Source: Eledone cirrhosa (Eukaryota). From it: 64,000 nt of DNA. Every line of letters begins with the position of its first letter. Position 1 is the first letter of the stretch. The stretch is from the NCBI GenBank assembly GCA_964016885.1, contig CAXHJY010000593.1, positions 154,112 through 218,111 on the forward strand, written 5' to 3'. A program made the position numbers and the translations under genes. The notes under the pieces were generated by a model. The model was not told the origin of the DNA. It did not search any database and saw nothing but the letters and a program-made list of their open reading frames with translations. Shown here piece after piece: positions 12,657 to 24,123 of the stretch.

Positions 12657-14371
12657 CTGATGGACCAGGTCATGAAAGTAACAGAAAGAGTTATAGCACA
12701 GTTGATTAGGGACCGGGTGAAACTAGATGAGATGCAATTTGGGTTCATACCAGGAAGAGGGCACCACTGATGCCCTCTTCCTTGTGAGGCAGTTACAGGA
12801 AAAGTACCTAGCTAAAAGTAAGCCACTCTACCTGGCATTTTGTCGATCTTGAGAAAGCCTTTGACAGAGTTCCACGTGCTGTAATCTGGTAGGCTCTTAG
12901 AAAACTAGGAGTAGATGAATGGCTTGTGAAAGCTGTACAAGCCATGTATAGGGGAGCAGTCAGCAAAGTTAGGATTAGCAATGAGTATAGCGGGGAATTT
13001 AGCGTACAGGTTGGGGTCCACCAGGGTTCTGTTCTTAGCCCCTCCTGTTCATCATATTCCTACAGGCAATAACGGAGGAGTTTAAGACCGGATGCCCATG
13101 GGAACTCCTGTATGCTGATGACCTCGCACTTATAGCTGAATCTATGGTAGAACTAGAGAAGAAATTCCAAACTTGGAAGCAGGGACTAGAAAGAAAGGGT
13201 CTCAAAGTCAACATGACAAAGACTAAGGTCCTTGTAAGTAGACGAGAGGACAGAACCCAGATCCCCTCAGGGAAATGGCCTTGCTCAGTATGTAGGAAAG
13301 GTGTAGGTAGGAACTCCATTCTCTGCCCCAAATGCAAACAATGGGTACACACGAGATGTAGCAGGATCTCAGAAAGCTTAATTAAGAATGTAGGCTTCAC
13401 ATGCAGCAGCTGTGCTGGGACAGCAAGCAGCAAACAGCCACAGGAAACAAGTACCACCAATCTCTGGGAGGGCTCTGTAGAAACAGTAGACAGCTTCTGC
13501 TACCTAGGTGACCGAATTAGCAGCGGAGGTGGGTGTTCAGAAAGTACAATAACTAGGGTAAGAACAGGATGGAAGAAGTTTAGGGAACTACTACCACTGC
13601 TAGCTGCAAAAGGCTTCTCCCTCAAAATGAAAGGCAGACTGTATGATGTGTGTATCCGAACAGCGATGTTGCATGGTAGTGAGACCTGGGTGCTGAAGGT
13701 GGAAGACTTACGTAGATTGGAGAGAAACGAAGCCTGCATGCTCCGATGGATGTGTAATAGTAATATACGCGAACGACAAAGCATAAATGAATTGAGAGAG
13801 AGACTGAGCATAAGAGGAATCAAATGCTGTGTGCAGGAGAGGCGGTTGCGTTGGTATGGACATGTGATGCGTATGAAGGATGACAGCTGCATAAAAAGGT
13901 GCAGAGCACTATAAGTCGATGGAAACCACGGAGTGGGGAGACCCAAGATGACCTGGGATGAGGTGATAAAAGCCGACCTTACCCAATTACACCTCAAAGG
14001 CGATGACACGCGACCATGACCTCTGGCGTCACGCAGTAATACAGAGTACCCGACCTCCCATGGGTACAAGCTGAAGCATATAGACAATATGCCCCCACAC
14101 CCCCCACTGACTGCAAGGTGGTCGTGGAAGTGCCACGGCAAAAAAGCACCCAGCCCACACTGTAAAGTGGACGTGTAGGCGCCACGAAAAAGCACCCAGC
14201 ACTCACTGTAAATGAGGTTGGTGTTAGGAAGGGCATCCAGCTGTAGAAATCAAGCCAAATCAGTTCCTGTATGAGCAAGGCATGGTCAGCCGACCAGACA
14301 CTGCCCACAACAGGACAACCCGTCTAACCCATGCTAACGTGGAAGAACGGACGTAAAACGGTGATGATGAT
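12657..14371 (+). mobile_element. 5'-truncated RTE/BovB-like LINE: reverse-transcriptase pseudogene plus 3'UTR
   Basis: QFGFIPGR-GTTDALF, VDLEKAFDRV, GVHQGSVLSPLLF, YADD (~13111), KVNMTKTK, CYLG, MLHGSETW, RRLRWYGHV, GRPKMTW. +1 frameshifts at ~12759 and ~12841; stops at ~12890 and 13912-13914; 3'UTR ends in (GAT)n. Includes ORF 13144-13914. Confidence 0.95.
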
Positions 14372-14816
14372 ACTGTGTAAAGTGGTTGGTGATTGACATG
14401 TTTTCTATGGCTGGATGCCTTTCCTAACAAAAGGCCGGGAGGTCTCTTCAGCTGTGACAACCTCCCTAATGCTGGTGCCACAATAAAATGCACTGAATAA
14501 AGCACAGGAACGTATGTGAGCTGCAGGCTCCACTTAAGTATTGACTTGGTCTGTGAAGACTTGTCTAACCATTGTTAGCTGGAAAGACAGATGATGATGA
14601 TGATACTCTTTTACTGGTTTCTGTCATTAGATTGTGGTAGATATTAAAAATATCCCATTCAACATGCTTACCATCAAATTAAGGGTAATACAATGCTAAA
14701 TGAGTCATAAAGATTATATTTCCTTGCTGTAGGGCTTCATATATGTAATATAATGAGTTGAAAAATGTGGATTAACTGAAATTTCTATGCAATTAATAGA
14801 TTCCATCTATAGGTGT

Positions 14817-15227
14817 TCAACCATTTCAATACCAACCCACTTAAAACTGCCCTGGCTCTGTGATACAAACTGCCCATTTTAAAGGGGTCATACTTATAAA
14901 GACTCCCATCATAATCATATTTAAAAAATTTATAAGTAATGTTCCATACATCATCACCAACATTCATAATCATTATTTTTACATCCATTTTTCCACGCTT
15001 GCATGGGTTGGACAGCATCTCCTCTGTGAATTTCAGCAATTTGATGTCAGCTCTCACAACCTCTGCCCAGATCTTTCTTAGTTTACCTTTACTGCAGCTT
15101 CCTGGCACTTCTTCACCATAAGTTTAATAATGAGAGAATTAGTTATTTTACTGAATTACTTCATATCTGATTATTAAAAAAATTCTTTGAAACATATTGG
15201 CAGCGTCTTTGGTAAGGAAAGGATTAA
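14817..15227 (+). mobile_element. piggyBac-type MITE P1 interrupted by a minus-strand RTE 3' fragment (~14966-15110)
   Basis: Flanks match P1 copies at 31493 and 53559; insert translates as GSCSKGKLRKIWAEVVRAD fused directly to the RTE terminal motif CCAACCCATGCAAGCGTGGAAAAATGGATGTAAAA. Confidence 0.65.
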
Positions 15228-16188
15228 TGTCTAAAAACAATAGAAATAACTCTAATAAAATCAATTAATTGAAATTTTTGACAGTATAGAAAATGCAAAT
15301 TGGGGTGGGCAACAGATATGTTTCTTCTTTGTTAGACCACCTCAGTAAACCATATTCTACTTAGCTGGCAAGGCTAAGAATGATAAATATATACAGAAAT
15401 AGAGGCAATGGAGTGATACTGATTATGAATTTCAACAGTATGGCTTGGGAATAGTTGTTCTTTCTAGTCTATGAAAGATATTCAGAGTTTTTAAACTATT
15501 TATAAGATAAGAAAACAATGTTTCATAAACAATCTTAAAGTATATGGACTACGCACACACACATACATACATATATATAATGTACTTTAGTTCTCTGACT
15601 TAACGATATCTCCAAAGATTTTGAGTTTAATAATATAAAGGATTTACTCATAGAAGTTTTCCTTTGTTTCTCAGTATTGTTGTCTGCCACCCAAGATCAT
15701 GATGTAATTTGCTGCAGATGGCAATTTATTTAGTTTTGAAAATGATTTGTCTGTTCCTCATATACCTTATTTTTATAACATTTAAAAAAAAGATAATTGT
15801 TTTCTTTGTTATTTTGCTCTTCTAAATTGCTATGTGGTTATATAACTGAATCCTTGTAGTTTCTCTGCTAGACATATTGTCCAATCACTTAACTGGAACA
15901 TCATGGGGGCCCCAGTTGTTTGTAATTATTTCTTTTCTTTTATTATTTTTCATTTGGGGGAGTCAGAGGAGGAATGTCTGCTTCTGAGACATACTCCAAA
16001 TGCTCACAATAGAGTGGGTTCAGCTAAACACACCCAATGACCAGGTAGTGATGTTAAACTGAGCAGCAGATTAAGTACTCCACTTTATATAATCAATACT
16101 TTTGATAATGTCAAATAATCATATATCCACTCATGGTGTCTTGTACCTATAGAAGAAATCCTTATTATTAGTTATTATTACCTGGATT

Positions 16189-16703
16189 GGGCGGTGGATT
16201 GGCAGTATCGGTAGAAGGTCGGACGCCATGCTTTCCAGCATAGTTACGTCCCTTTACGATCTGAGTTCAAATCCCACCGAGGTTGACTTTGCCTTTCATC
16301 CTTACGGGGGTCGATAAAATAAAGTACCAGTAATGCACTGAGTAATTTGCTGGCCTTGTGCCTAAAGTAGAAACAATTATTACCTGGATTGAGGGCAGTA
16401 TCGGTAGAGCGTTGGACAACATGCTTTGTGGCATATAATTATGGCCCTTTATATTCTGAGTTCAAATCCCGCTGAGGTTAGCTTTGCTTTTCATCCTTAC
16501 AGTGTCGATAAAATAAAGTACCAGTAATGCACTGGGGCTGATTTAATCAAATTTCCCTTTCCCAAAAAATTTTTGGCCTTGTGCTTAAATCAGAACGCCA
16601 AGGTTAACTTTGCCTTTCATCCTTACGGGGGTCGATAAAATAAAGTACCAGTAATACACCGGGGTAATTGCTGGCCTTGTGCCAAAAGTAGAAACAATTA
16701 TTA
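16189..16703 (+). mobile_element. head-to-tail cluster of SINE family B (two near-full copies plus a 3' half copy)
   Basis: Copies at ~16189-16382, 16391-16595 and 16597-16703, each with CTTTGC(C/T)TTTCATCCTTAC..GTCGATAAAATAAAGTACCAGTAAT. Confidence 0.9.
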
Positions 16704-17014
16704 CCTACTAGTGGAACAGTACCATCAATAATGATGACAACAGCATTGAACATATTTTATATTTAGAGTCCAGAATTAGTATGCCATATATACCCTGGTT
16801 ACTGAATATAGGAGCAATATACACACTGGGAAATCTGCGTTTTGATAAATTTATGATTAGCATGAGAGAAATCCAAGAGTTTGTGTTGATTACTGACACA
16901 TGGAAGTGATTAAAAATAAAAATGATATTTTAATAATTTATTTCTGTACAAATAACATACAGGATTATGAGAAACTTTGGAGAAATGATTACTGTCCATA
17001 ATTTGGAGAAATAA

Positions 17015-17200
17015 TTTAATGTCCATTTTTCCACACTAGTATGGGTTAGACGGGTTGTCCCATTTGAGGCAAGTTGGGTCAGGTGACCGTGTCTCTAGCT
17101 CATACAGAACTGTTTCTGGCTTGATTTCTATGACTGGATGCCCTTCCTAACACCAGCCACATTTACAGTGTATGCTGGGTGATTTTTGTCGTGATACCAA
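17015..17200 (-). mobile_element. RTE LINE 3'UTR fragment
   Basis: Reverse complement of the GGTGTTAGGAAGGGCATCCAG..CCGTCTAACCCAT..GGAAAAATGGAC tail. Confidence 0.8.
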
Positions 17201-17640
17201 TATAACTTTACCATGTAAGGGTAGTGTGGACAGAAGTGGGTGGGTAAAGAAACACAGGTTGCCATATTTTGATGGTTGATTGTTAGTGGTAGACAGCAAA
17301 ATGAGTAAAATGGCAGACAAGATGCCAATAGTGAGATGGATTTATTTCACAGCAGTTCACACAAGATGATTATTAAAATCTTTTTCTTTTCAAATGAGAA
17401 CTGGTTGTTAACTTTTTGTGAGACCCTGAAAAAGAAACCTGCTTAGGGTAACTTATGTCAATCATCTCACAATAAAATATATCACTCTGCCCACCCATGC
17501 TGACAATTCAGTTGCCCCTGTTAAATTAATCACTTTGTTTTATAAAATTTTCTATTTTAAAACAGAGTTCAGAAGATAAGTGAAGTTTATTTCATAATAG
17601 TGAGTAAATGTACTTGAGTGTGTTATGTATTTGTGTATAT

Positions 17641-18415
17641 ATGGCAAAACGTGCCCAGCCCACACTGTAAAGTGGTCATATAGGTGTCATGACAAAGAGC
17701 GCCCAGCCACACTGTAAAGTGGTCATATAGGTGTCATGACAAAGAGCGCCCAGCCCACACTGTAAAGTGGTCATATAGGTGTCACGACAAAGAGCGCCCA
17801 GCCCACACTGTAAAGTGGTCATATAGGTGTCACGACAAAGAGCGCCCAGCCCACACTGTAAAATGGTCATATAGGTGTCACGACAAAGAGCGCCCAGCCC
17901 ACAGTGTAAAGTGGTCATATAGGTGTCACGGCAAAGAGCGCCCAGTCCACACTGTAAAGTGGTCATGTAGGTGTCACGACAAAGAGCGCCCAGTCCACAC
18001 TGTAAAGTGGTCATATAGGTGTCACGACAAAGAGCGCCCAGCCCACACTGTAAAGTGGTCATATAGGTGTCACGACAAAGAGCGCCCAGTCCACACTGTA
18101 AAATGGTCATATAGGTGTCACGACAAAGAGCGCTCAGCCCACACTGTAAAGTGGTCATATAGGTGTCACGACAAAGAGCGCCCAGTCCACACTGTAAAGT
18201 GGTCATGTAGGTGTCACGACAAAGAGCGCCCAGTCCACACTGTAAAGTGGTCATATAGGTGTCACGACAAAGAGCGCCCAGCCCACACTGTAAAGTGGTC
18301 ATATAGGTGTCACGACAAAGAGCGCCCAGCCCACACTGTAAAGTGGTCATATAGGTGTCACGACAAAGAGCGCCCAGTCCAACTGTAAGGTGGTCGTGTA
18401 GGTGTCATGACAAAA
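17641..18415 (+). repeat. 48-bp minisatellite, ~16 copies, derived from an RTE 3'UTR repeat
   Basis: Unit GCCCAGCCCACACTGTAAAGTGGTCATATAGGTGTCACGACAAAGAGC; homologous to 14146-14195 of the LINE; explains the 16-aa-repeat ORF 17676-18350. Confidence 0.97.
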
Positions 18416-18610
18416 AGTACCTAGTACCCTTTGTAAATGAGGTTGGCGTTAGGAAGGGCTTCCAGCTGTAGAAACCAACTCAAAATCAGTTTTGTATGAG
18501 CAAGACATGGTCACCTGACCTGGCATTGCCCACAACAGAACAACTCATCTAACCCATGCTAGCATGGAAAAATGGACATAAGATGGTGATCATGATGATG
18601 ATGATGATGA
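18416..18610 (+). mobile_element. RTE LINE 3' terminus contiguous with the minisatellite
   Basis: TGTAAATGAGGTTGGCGTTAGGAAGGGCTTCCAGCTGTAG...CTAACCCATGCTAGCATGGAAAAATGGAC..(ATG)n. Confidence 0.9.
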
Positions 18611-18809
18611 CTCCTTGTGTGTATATCACTGTGAATGGGTATAATAGTGTGTTTGTATAAATTGGCCCTCTCTACCTGCTTTGTGTCTGCCATTATGCCA
18701 TTAACCCCTTCCCTCTTCTCCAGAAAACTGCAACCTGTCATCATAACTATTTTTCTATTTGTAATTATTTGATGTATTGTATTATATACTTTACTGTACC
18801 TACCCAGGA

Positions 18810-19270
18810 GGAAGTAAATAAAGAAAAACAGGACAGAAAGTTGAACAGGAAAGTAGATAGATATAGCCCTTAAATAACCACAAAAAGATACAGTTAAGGT
18901 GATAGCTTAAAGTATTTTGGGTAGTTTTTATTTTTTTTTTAAATAACCTCCCCAAAATACTTTAAGCTATCACCTTAACTGTATCTTTTTAGTGGTTATT
19001 TAAGAGCTGTATCTATCTACTTTCCTGTTCAACTTCCTGGCCCAATTTTTCATTCACCTTGCTTCTTTGACTTCTTCCCCTTTTACACCACCCATTTTTC
19101 TTTAATAATTTCCTCCCCAAATCAGCCCTTTCTTCCTCACATTTGCTCACTCTCAGATGAAGAACCAGAACAATGAAATGTTATATTCTACAGTTCTCAT
19201 GACAAATAAACTTCACTAATATTTTCCAATTTAAATCATCACCAGTCCCCTCAGATTTCAAATTTTCACC
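18810..19270. repeat. long inverted repeat (arms ~18810-18930 and ~18941-19065) plus adjacent tail; possible Penelope-like remnant
   Basis: AAGTTGAACAGGAAAGTAGATAGAT..AAGTATTTTGGG mirrored by CCCAAAATACTT..ATCTATCTACTTTCCTGTTCAACTT; downstream CTCAGATGAAG..GAAA..AATAAA resembles a decayed pLTR. The inverted repeat is certain; the Penelope assignment is inference. Confidence 0.75.
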
Positions 19271-19275
19271 TATTT

Positions 19276-19771
19276 TAATCTTTCATTACTATATTTCTAA
19301 TGAAAGAAACTGCTCCTGGTTTTCAAATCATTTTAAAAATAATCAATATCTTCAAGATATATAGTAATATAATTAACTTTCTCATTATTAAGCTGATGTT
19401 TGCTGCATAACTTAATAAGGGTTCATAAAATTATAATGGAAGGTTTATAAGCTACAATACTATGGGCATGTGGTTAGAATGTCTCAGGAAAGAATTGCTG
19501 GACAAATCCAACCAGTAAGAGACCCAGGGGTACCCTCCTAGCAAGATAGATAACATCCATGAGCTCACTTGGGGATCCAGCAGGATCAGTTGGAAATGGT
19601 TGTTTCTGACAGGACCCACTAGAAGGAGTGTTTGAGGACACTTCCCCCATGACCCTTTCAGGAATATAAGTGGGTGAAGAAGGGGGATCAGAAGATTTAT
19701 AAAAATAAACACTTTAAAACAAGCAGCTTTGTATTGTGGAACCAGGGATGGTTTGGTATCAGAAGAGTTAA
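19276..19771 (-). mobile_element. piggyBac-type MITE P1 interrupted by an RTE (Expander-like) 3' fragment at ~19455-19685 (+)
   Basis: TTAA-bounded; flanking halves match 53346-53816; the insert matches 5495-5727. Confidence 0.7.
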
Positions 19772-20184
19772 TATATTATCAAGCTCTCATAACAAAGCAA
19801 TATTTTATAGTTTCTTTTTACTATTTGTGGTTAAAATGGTAGACTGAACATTTTCAAATATTTCAATTTGTCCCTTCTTACAGTTATCGTTATCATTGCC
19901 ATCTGGTCAATAAAGTAAGAGCTGCAGTAAAATCTTAAATTTAGCAATAATTAATCAAAACAAGAGTTTGTAGAACGTCAAATAAATTCAGTCAGTTGTT
20001 GTGAGGAGTAAAAAGTCTAGACTGTTAAGTTCTTGCCCTTCAACAGAAAGTTGTAATAGATGAAAGTGTATTGGTGTGATTATAAGCAGAGAATGAAGAC
20101 CGAAGAAGCATGTAATGGAGCATAATGCCAATGTAAGAAATAATAATAGTAATAATGATAATAATAATAATAATTATTATAAAC

Positions 20185-20267
20185 AGGATTTGAACTCAGA
20201 CCGTAAAGGACTGTAACTCTATGCTGCAAAGCATGGTGTCCGACCCTCTACCGATACTGCCAATCCA
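20185..20267 (-). mobile_element. SINE family B, 5' half
   Basis: GGATTTGAACTCAGACCGTAAAGG..CCGACCCTCTACCGATACTGCCAATCC, matching the other B heads. Confidence 0.85.
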
Positions 20268-20359
20268 ATAATAAATTTGCATAACAGTAGTGTTGGTTGT
20301 TCTGTTGGTTTTCTTTCCTAAACACCAAGCAACTGCTCATGTTCTCAGATATTCAGCAC

Positions 20360-20605
20360 ATATCTTAAAGGTTCTTACTGTATCAAGGAGTCAGGCTTTC
20401 TGAAGTGTTACAAGGTTTGTTAAGCTGATCATAGAAATCTATTTGGTGATATTTTCAGTGATCCTATTATAACAGGAATTACTTTTAACTCTGGCAGTTC
20501 CACAGCCTTTTTAGTTCCCGATATTTATCTTCTTTTCTTTGCCTTTCACTCTGGTGTCAAATGGGCAAGCTACATCCATTATCTTACAAGTTCTTGTATC
20601 TTTAT
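20360..20605 (-). mobile_element. R4/Dong-like (restriction-like endonuclease) non-LTR retrotransposon C-terminal fragment
   Basis: Minus translation with frameshifts: NKDTRTCKIMDVACPFDTRVKGKEK..DKYRELKRLWNC..KVIPVIIGSL..LQKA*LLDT. Confidence 0.8.
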
Positions 20606-21709
20606 TATTATTAATTATTGTTGTTTATATATATACATAGCTCGTTTATGGAAATAATTTAACTGGAAATGAATTTTAATATATTCTGGAAACTGTTTAA
20701 TGTCAATTTAAGTTGACTTTTAGTAGAATGTAGAGTATCTTTAATAGAATTTAAAGAATATGGCATGTTGCCTTGAAATACATTAACTATTATATGCAAG
20801 TGCGCATGCTGACTCATGCATGCATATGTAAATCAGGTTAGCCTGTTCAAACCCATATATAGATGTGATATCTATGTGCATGTGAAGAAAGGTGAGGGTT
20901 TGTTTTGTCTTGGTTACATGGTGTTGCCATTTTGTATAGAAATATCCTCTGGCATCTCCTTTTTTTTCTTTATTATCTCACATATCACATACATAAAACA
21001 AACATACATGCTAAAACACTCATGCACATGCACTCACTCACAGTTTTGAGATTTAAAAAATGTCTTCTTTTTTTAGTTAGTTAAAATTAATAAATTGTTA
21101 CATAGGCATATAGGTTTAGAAGAAATCAATCAATTGTAGCATAACAGCCTAAAAAGGTATACCATCTCATTGATTTAGTTCACTAAGAACTTTAGTGATG
21201 TTACTGTGGTACATTCTTACTGAACATATAATACAAAGTGAAGTAACAAGAAGCTTTTGAAACTAGTGGTCGTGTGCTTCAGCAGACTACAGTTCATAAA
21301 ATTTGTAAAACAACTTCAGTAGATGTGTTGTGAGAAGTGGTAAGTCATGAATTTAAAAAAAGTAGAATGAGAACGTAAGTTGCTTTCATAAAAGCATTAG
21401 CAGTGTAAATGAAGTGAATTATTTTCAACAGGAAACTGAAAGCAGCTATTTGGCTCATCTCAACTGGGAACTTTCCTTCTCTAACAACTAGCCTTCAAGA
21501 GTCTGTTCAAACCGAATATAATATGCATTAAACCTTGTCCAGTAAACAAGGCCTGGAAATGATCCAGATACTGCAGCTCCTCCTAAAAGTAAACACTTTA
21601 TCATAATTAATTATATAATTAAATATAATTAATTTAGCTACATTATTAACATTAACAAAAAAAGAATGACATTTGAAAATGTTGTCTTCTGAACAAAAGA
21701 ATTCAGATG

Positions 21710-22110
21710 GCTACAGAAAATTTCACCAATAGCAATTTACCGACCAGCAATTTACTAATTAACAAACTTACCTACAAGCAATTGGCTGATTAACATATTT
21801 ATGATGCCAAATTATTAATTAATATCATGATTTCAATAAATGTTTGAAAAAAATAAAATAAATACCTATTGCTCACAAAATTTATTTTAAAAATATGAAA
21901 ATATTGATGAAACTTTGAAAGGATTTCTGAACTAAGAGATGAAGATGAAGATCCTTAAGTATAGGACAATAACCTTGTTAGGTTCACTTCAAGACTTTTA
22001 TTCTTTCAGTTGTAATATTTTCAGTTGTTCAAATGAAGTTCTTGTTCATCAGTGAATTTTCGGTCAGCAAACTGCATCGAAGAATTGTGTTCAATGAATT
22101 GTTGCTACAT
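21710..22110. mobile_element. possible decayed TIR element with ~15-bp subterminal tandem repeats
   Basis: Left: AGCAATTTACCGACC-type units; right: inverted TCAGTGAATT/GGTCAGCAAACTGC/TCAATGAATTG units. Heavily diverged. Confidence 0.35.
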
Positions 22111-24123
22111 TGGAGGGTTTTCCACACTTAATTTTAAATATTCACCCCACCTTTGGTCTCCATATGTTCATATTTTTATCTCTAATAAGAACTAAAAAAA
22201 AAAAAATTAAATAAATTGCAAGGTCATCATTTTATTTATATTTAGACATGATCTTGTTTCTTTTTTTTTCCTCATCACATTTTTAATGATGAAAGTGTTA
22301 GCACAGATATCATGCATTTGACCTTTTATATAAAAAAAAATTCCTTTGTCTTCATAATTCTTCAAAGCAATTTCAATTCTTCCAGGTGAAGAACTTGGCT
22401 ACATTTATCTCAGTTAATAATAGATCTTATTTTTCTATTACCTCTGTTTTTTCAGTGTTACTTGTCATGGGTCTTGCACATATATTAATTGCAATTTTGG
22501 GATTGAATATACATTTTCTGTTTCTAGAGGCACAATAGTTCAGTGATTAATATGTGGACGCTATTATAGTTGCTGGTAAGATCATAACTCTAAATCATAA
22601 GTGTTTTACAAACAGGAGAAATCATATTATTTCTTTATTCAATGCCTGAAATCCATTTATTAATATATTTGCATCAGTGAAAACTCTATTATATAGTCAA
22701 GTACTAAATTTGTCTGTTCATACATTATATTCTTGGTGTTGTGAGAGTTCAATTTTGCTTTTGGCAACTTGCTCTTTCTATCGCTCCACCTAATTTTGAG
22801 CTTTACTACCCACAAATATTCCATCTGATGTCCTATTCAATCTAATATGTTTCTTCAGGCTACTTGGAAAACCTGCTAGCTACTGGTTGACTCATAAATC
22901 AATTAGGTTTTATTCGTAAGCAAACCAATTTCAAGCATGGTCATAATTTGTTCTAAGTACATGTTCAGCAATTGAGAAGTGTGAGAATTATGTTTGTGAA
23001 GAATTCCTATGGGAAATCTAGTTTGTCTTTAGTTCAGAGTTCTATAATCCATCTTTTATTTCACAATACTATCTCAGAAAGTCGTTTCTTCAAACTCTAC
23101 AATTGATATTCTACTTTATATTTCTGTATAGACAAAAAAGACACTACTCAGTGAAGTTATCAGTATTTGATTGAGTATGAAGCTGAAAAACAGCATTTAA
23201 CAGTGATAATGTTTTTACTGTGGCATAAAACTGTGTGTGAGAGAGAAAGAGAACGCTAGCTCTATATTTACAAAGTTACACTTTAGTATAATGTAATACC
23301 AAAATAGTGAGACACTGAGGAAAACATTTAGACCAAAAATATACTATCTTCACCCATCTCTACAATAATATGGCCTGAAATTATGAATGCATTTTTATTT
23401 CTTTGTGCTTTGAAAAGTTGTTGCTGCCATAAATTCTGACAGGAATTGCTTATATTAGAGAGGATGATGACAATATAAGTACCATTAGTATTGATTCTTT
23501 CTTACTTAGGTTACAAAGCTATCAATTTTAGGAAGGTGTTACATTCATACCTTCCTTTAAGGTGTTAGTAATGTACATGATGTGTATTGGCTTCAAACAT
23601 AATATTAAACCAGACAGTCAGTTTACATCACCACTTGCTTTACAACTTTTGCTACATATCTGCAATTAATATTAGAAGTTCCGGAATTAAGCTTGCCTTG
23701 GACCAGGATTAATGTGTAGGTGAGCTTGCCAATTGACTTCATACTAAGAAAGGCCAGAACATTGCAACTAAATTTTTTCCACTGCCCTAATCCCTGTTCC
23801 TTATTACTAACGGTTATCTTTAGTTTCTCAAGATCAGTTGGTTCATTTTTAGGCAGGTTTTGAGACATACACGTAGTTTACATAGCAACCATGAATGCTT
23901 CTTACAACTCACATGGCCATATAAAATATTCTAAAACTCCCTGGAAGTAAAAAGCGTACCAAATAAATTTATCTTGTTGATGGGGAGTTCAGCTAATGAT
24001 GATCCAGCTATTATCCATTTCAAACCAGCACTAGATAAAATTGTACTCTCTCATATCTATTATTCAATGGTAGATATTGATACGATAATCACATGTTCAA
24101 TTGTGATTGGGAAATACAGTTGG

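Noticed and set aside
13144-13914. Functional 256-aa CDS
   Set aside because: It is the uninterrupted part of a LINE ORF that has upstream frameshifts and a stop, starts after YADD and ends at a premature TAA; homology continues past the stop.
13035-14308. Antisense ORFs (141, 231 and 104 aa)
   Set aside because: Shadow frames of the LINE with no independent protein features.
17641-18415. CRISPR array or repeat-protein gene (224-aa ORF of MTTLQCGLGALCRDTY repeats)
   Set aside because: Units are contiguous with no unique spacers, there are no cas genes, and the context is eukaryotic. The ORF is a by-product of a stop-free 48-bp unit antisense to a LINE 3'UTR.
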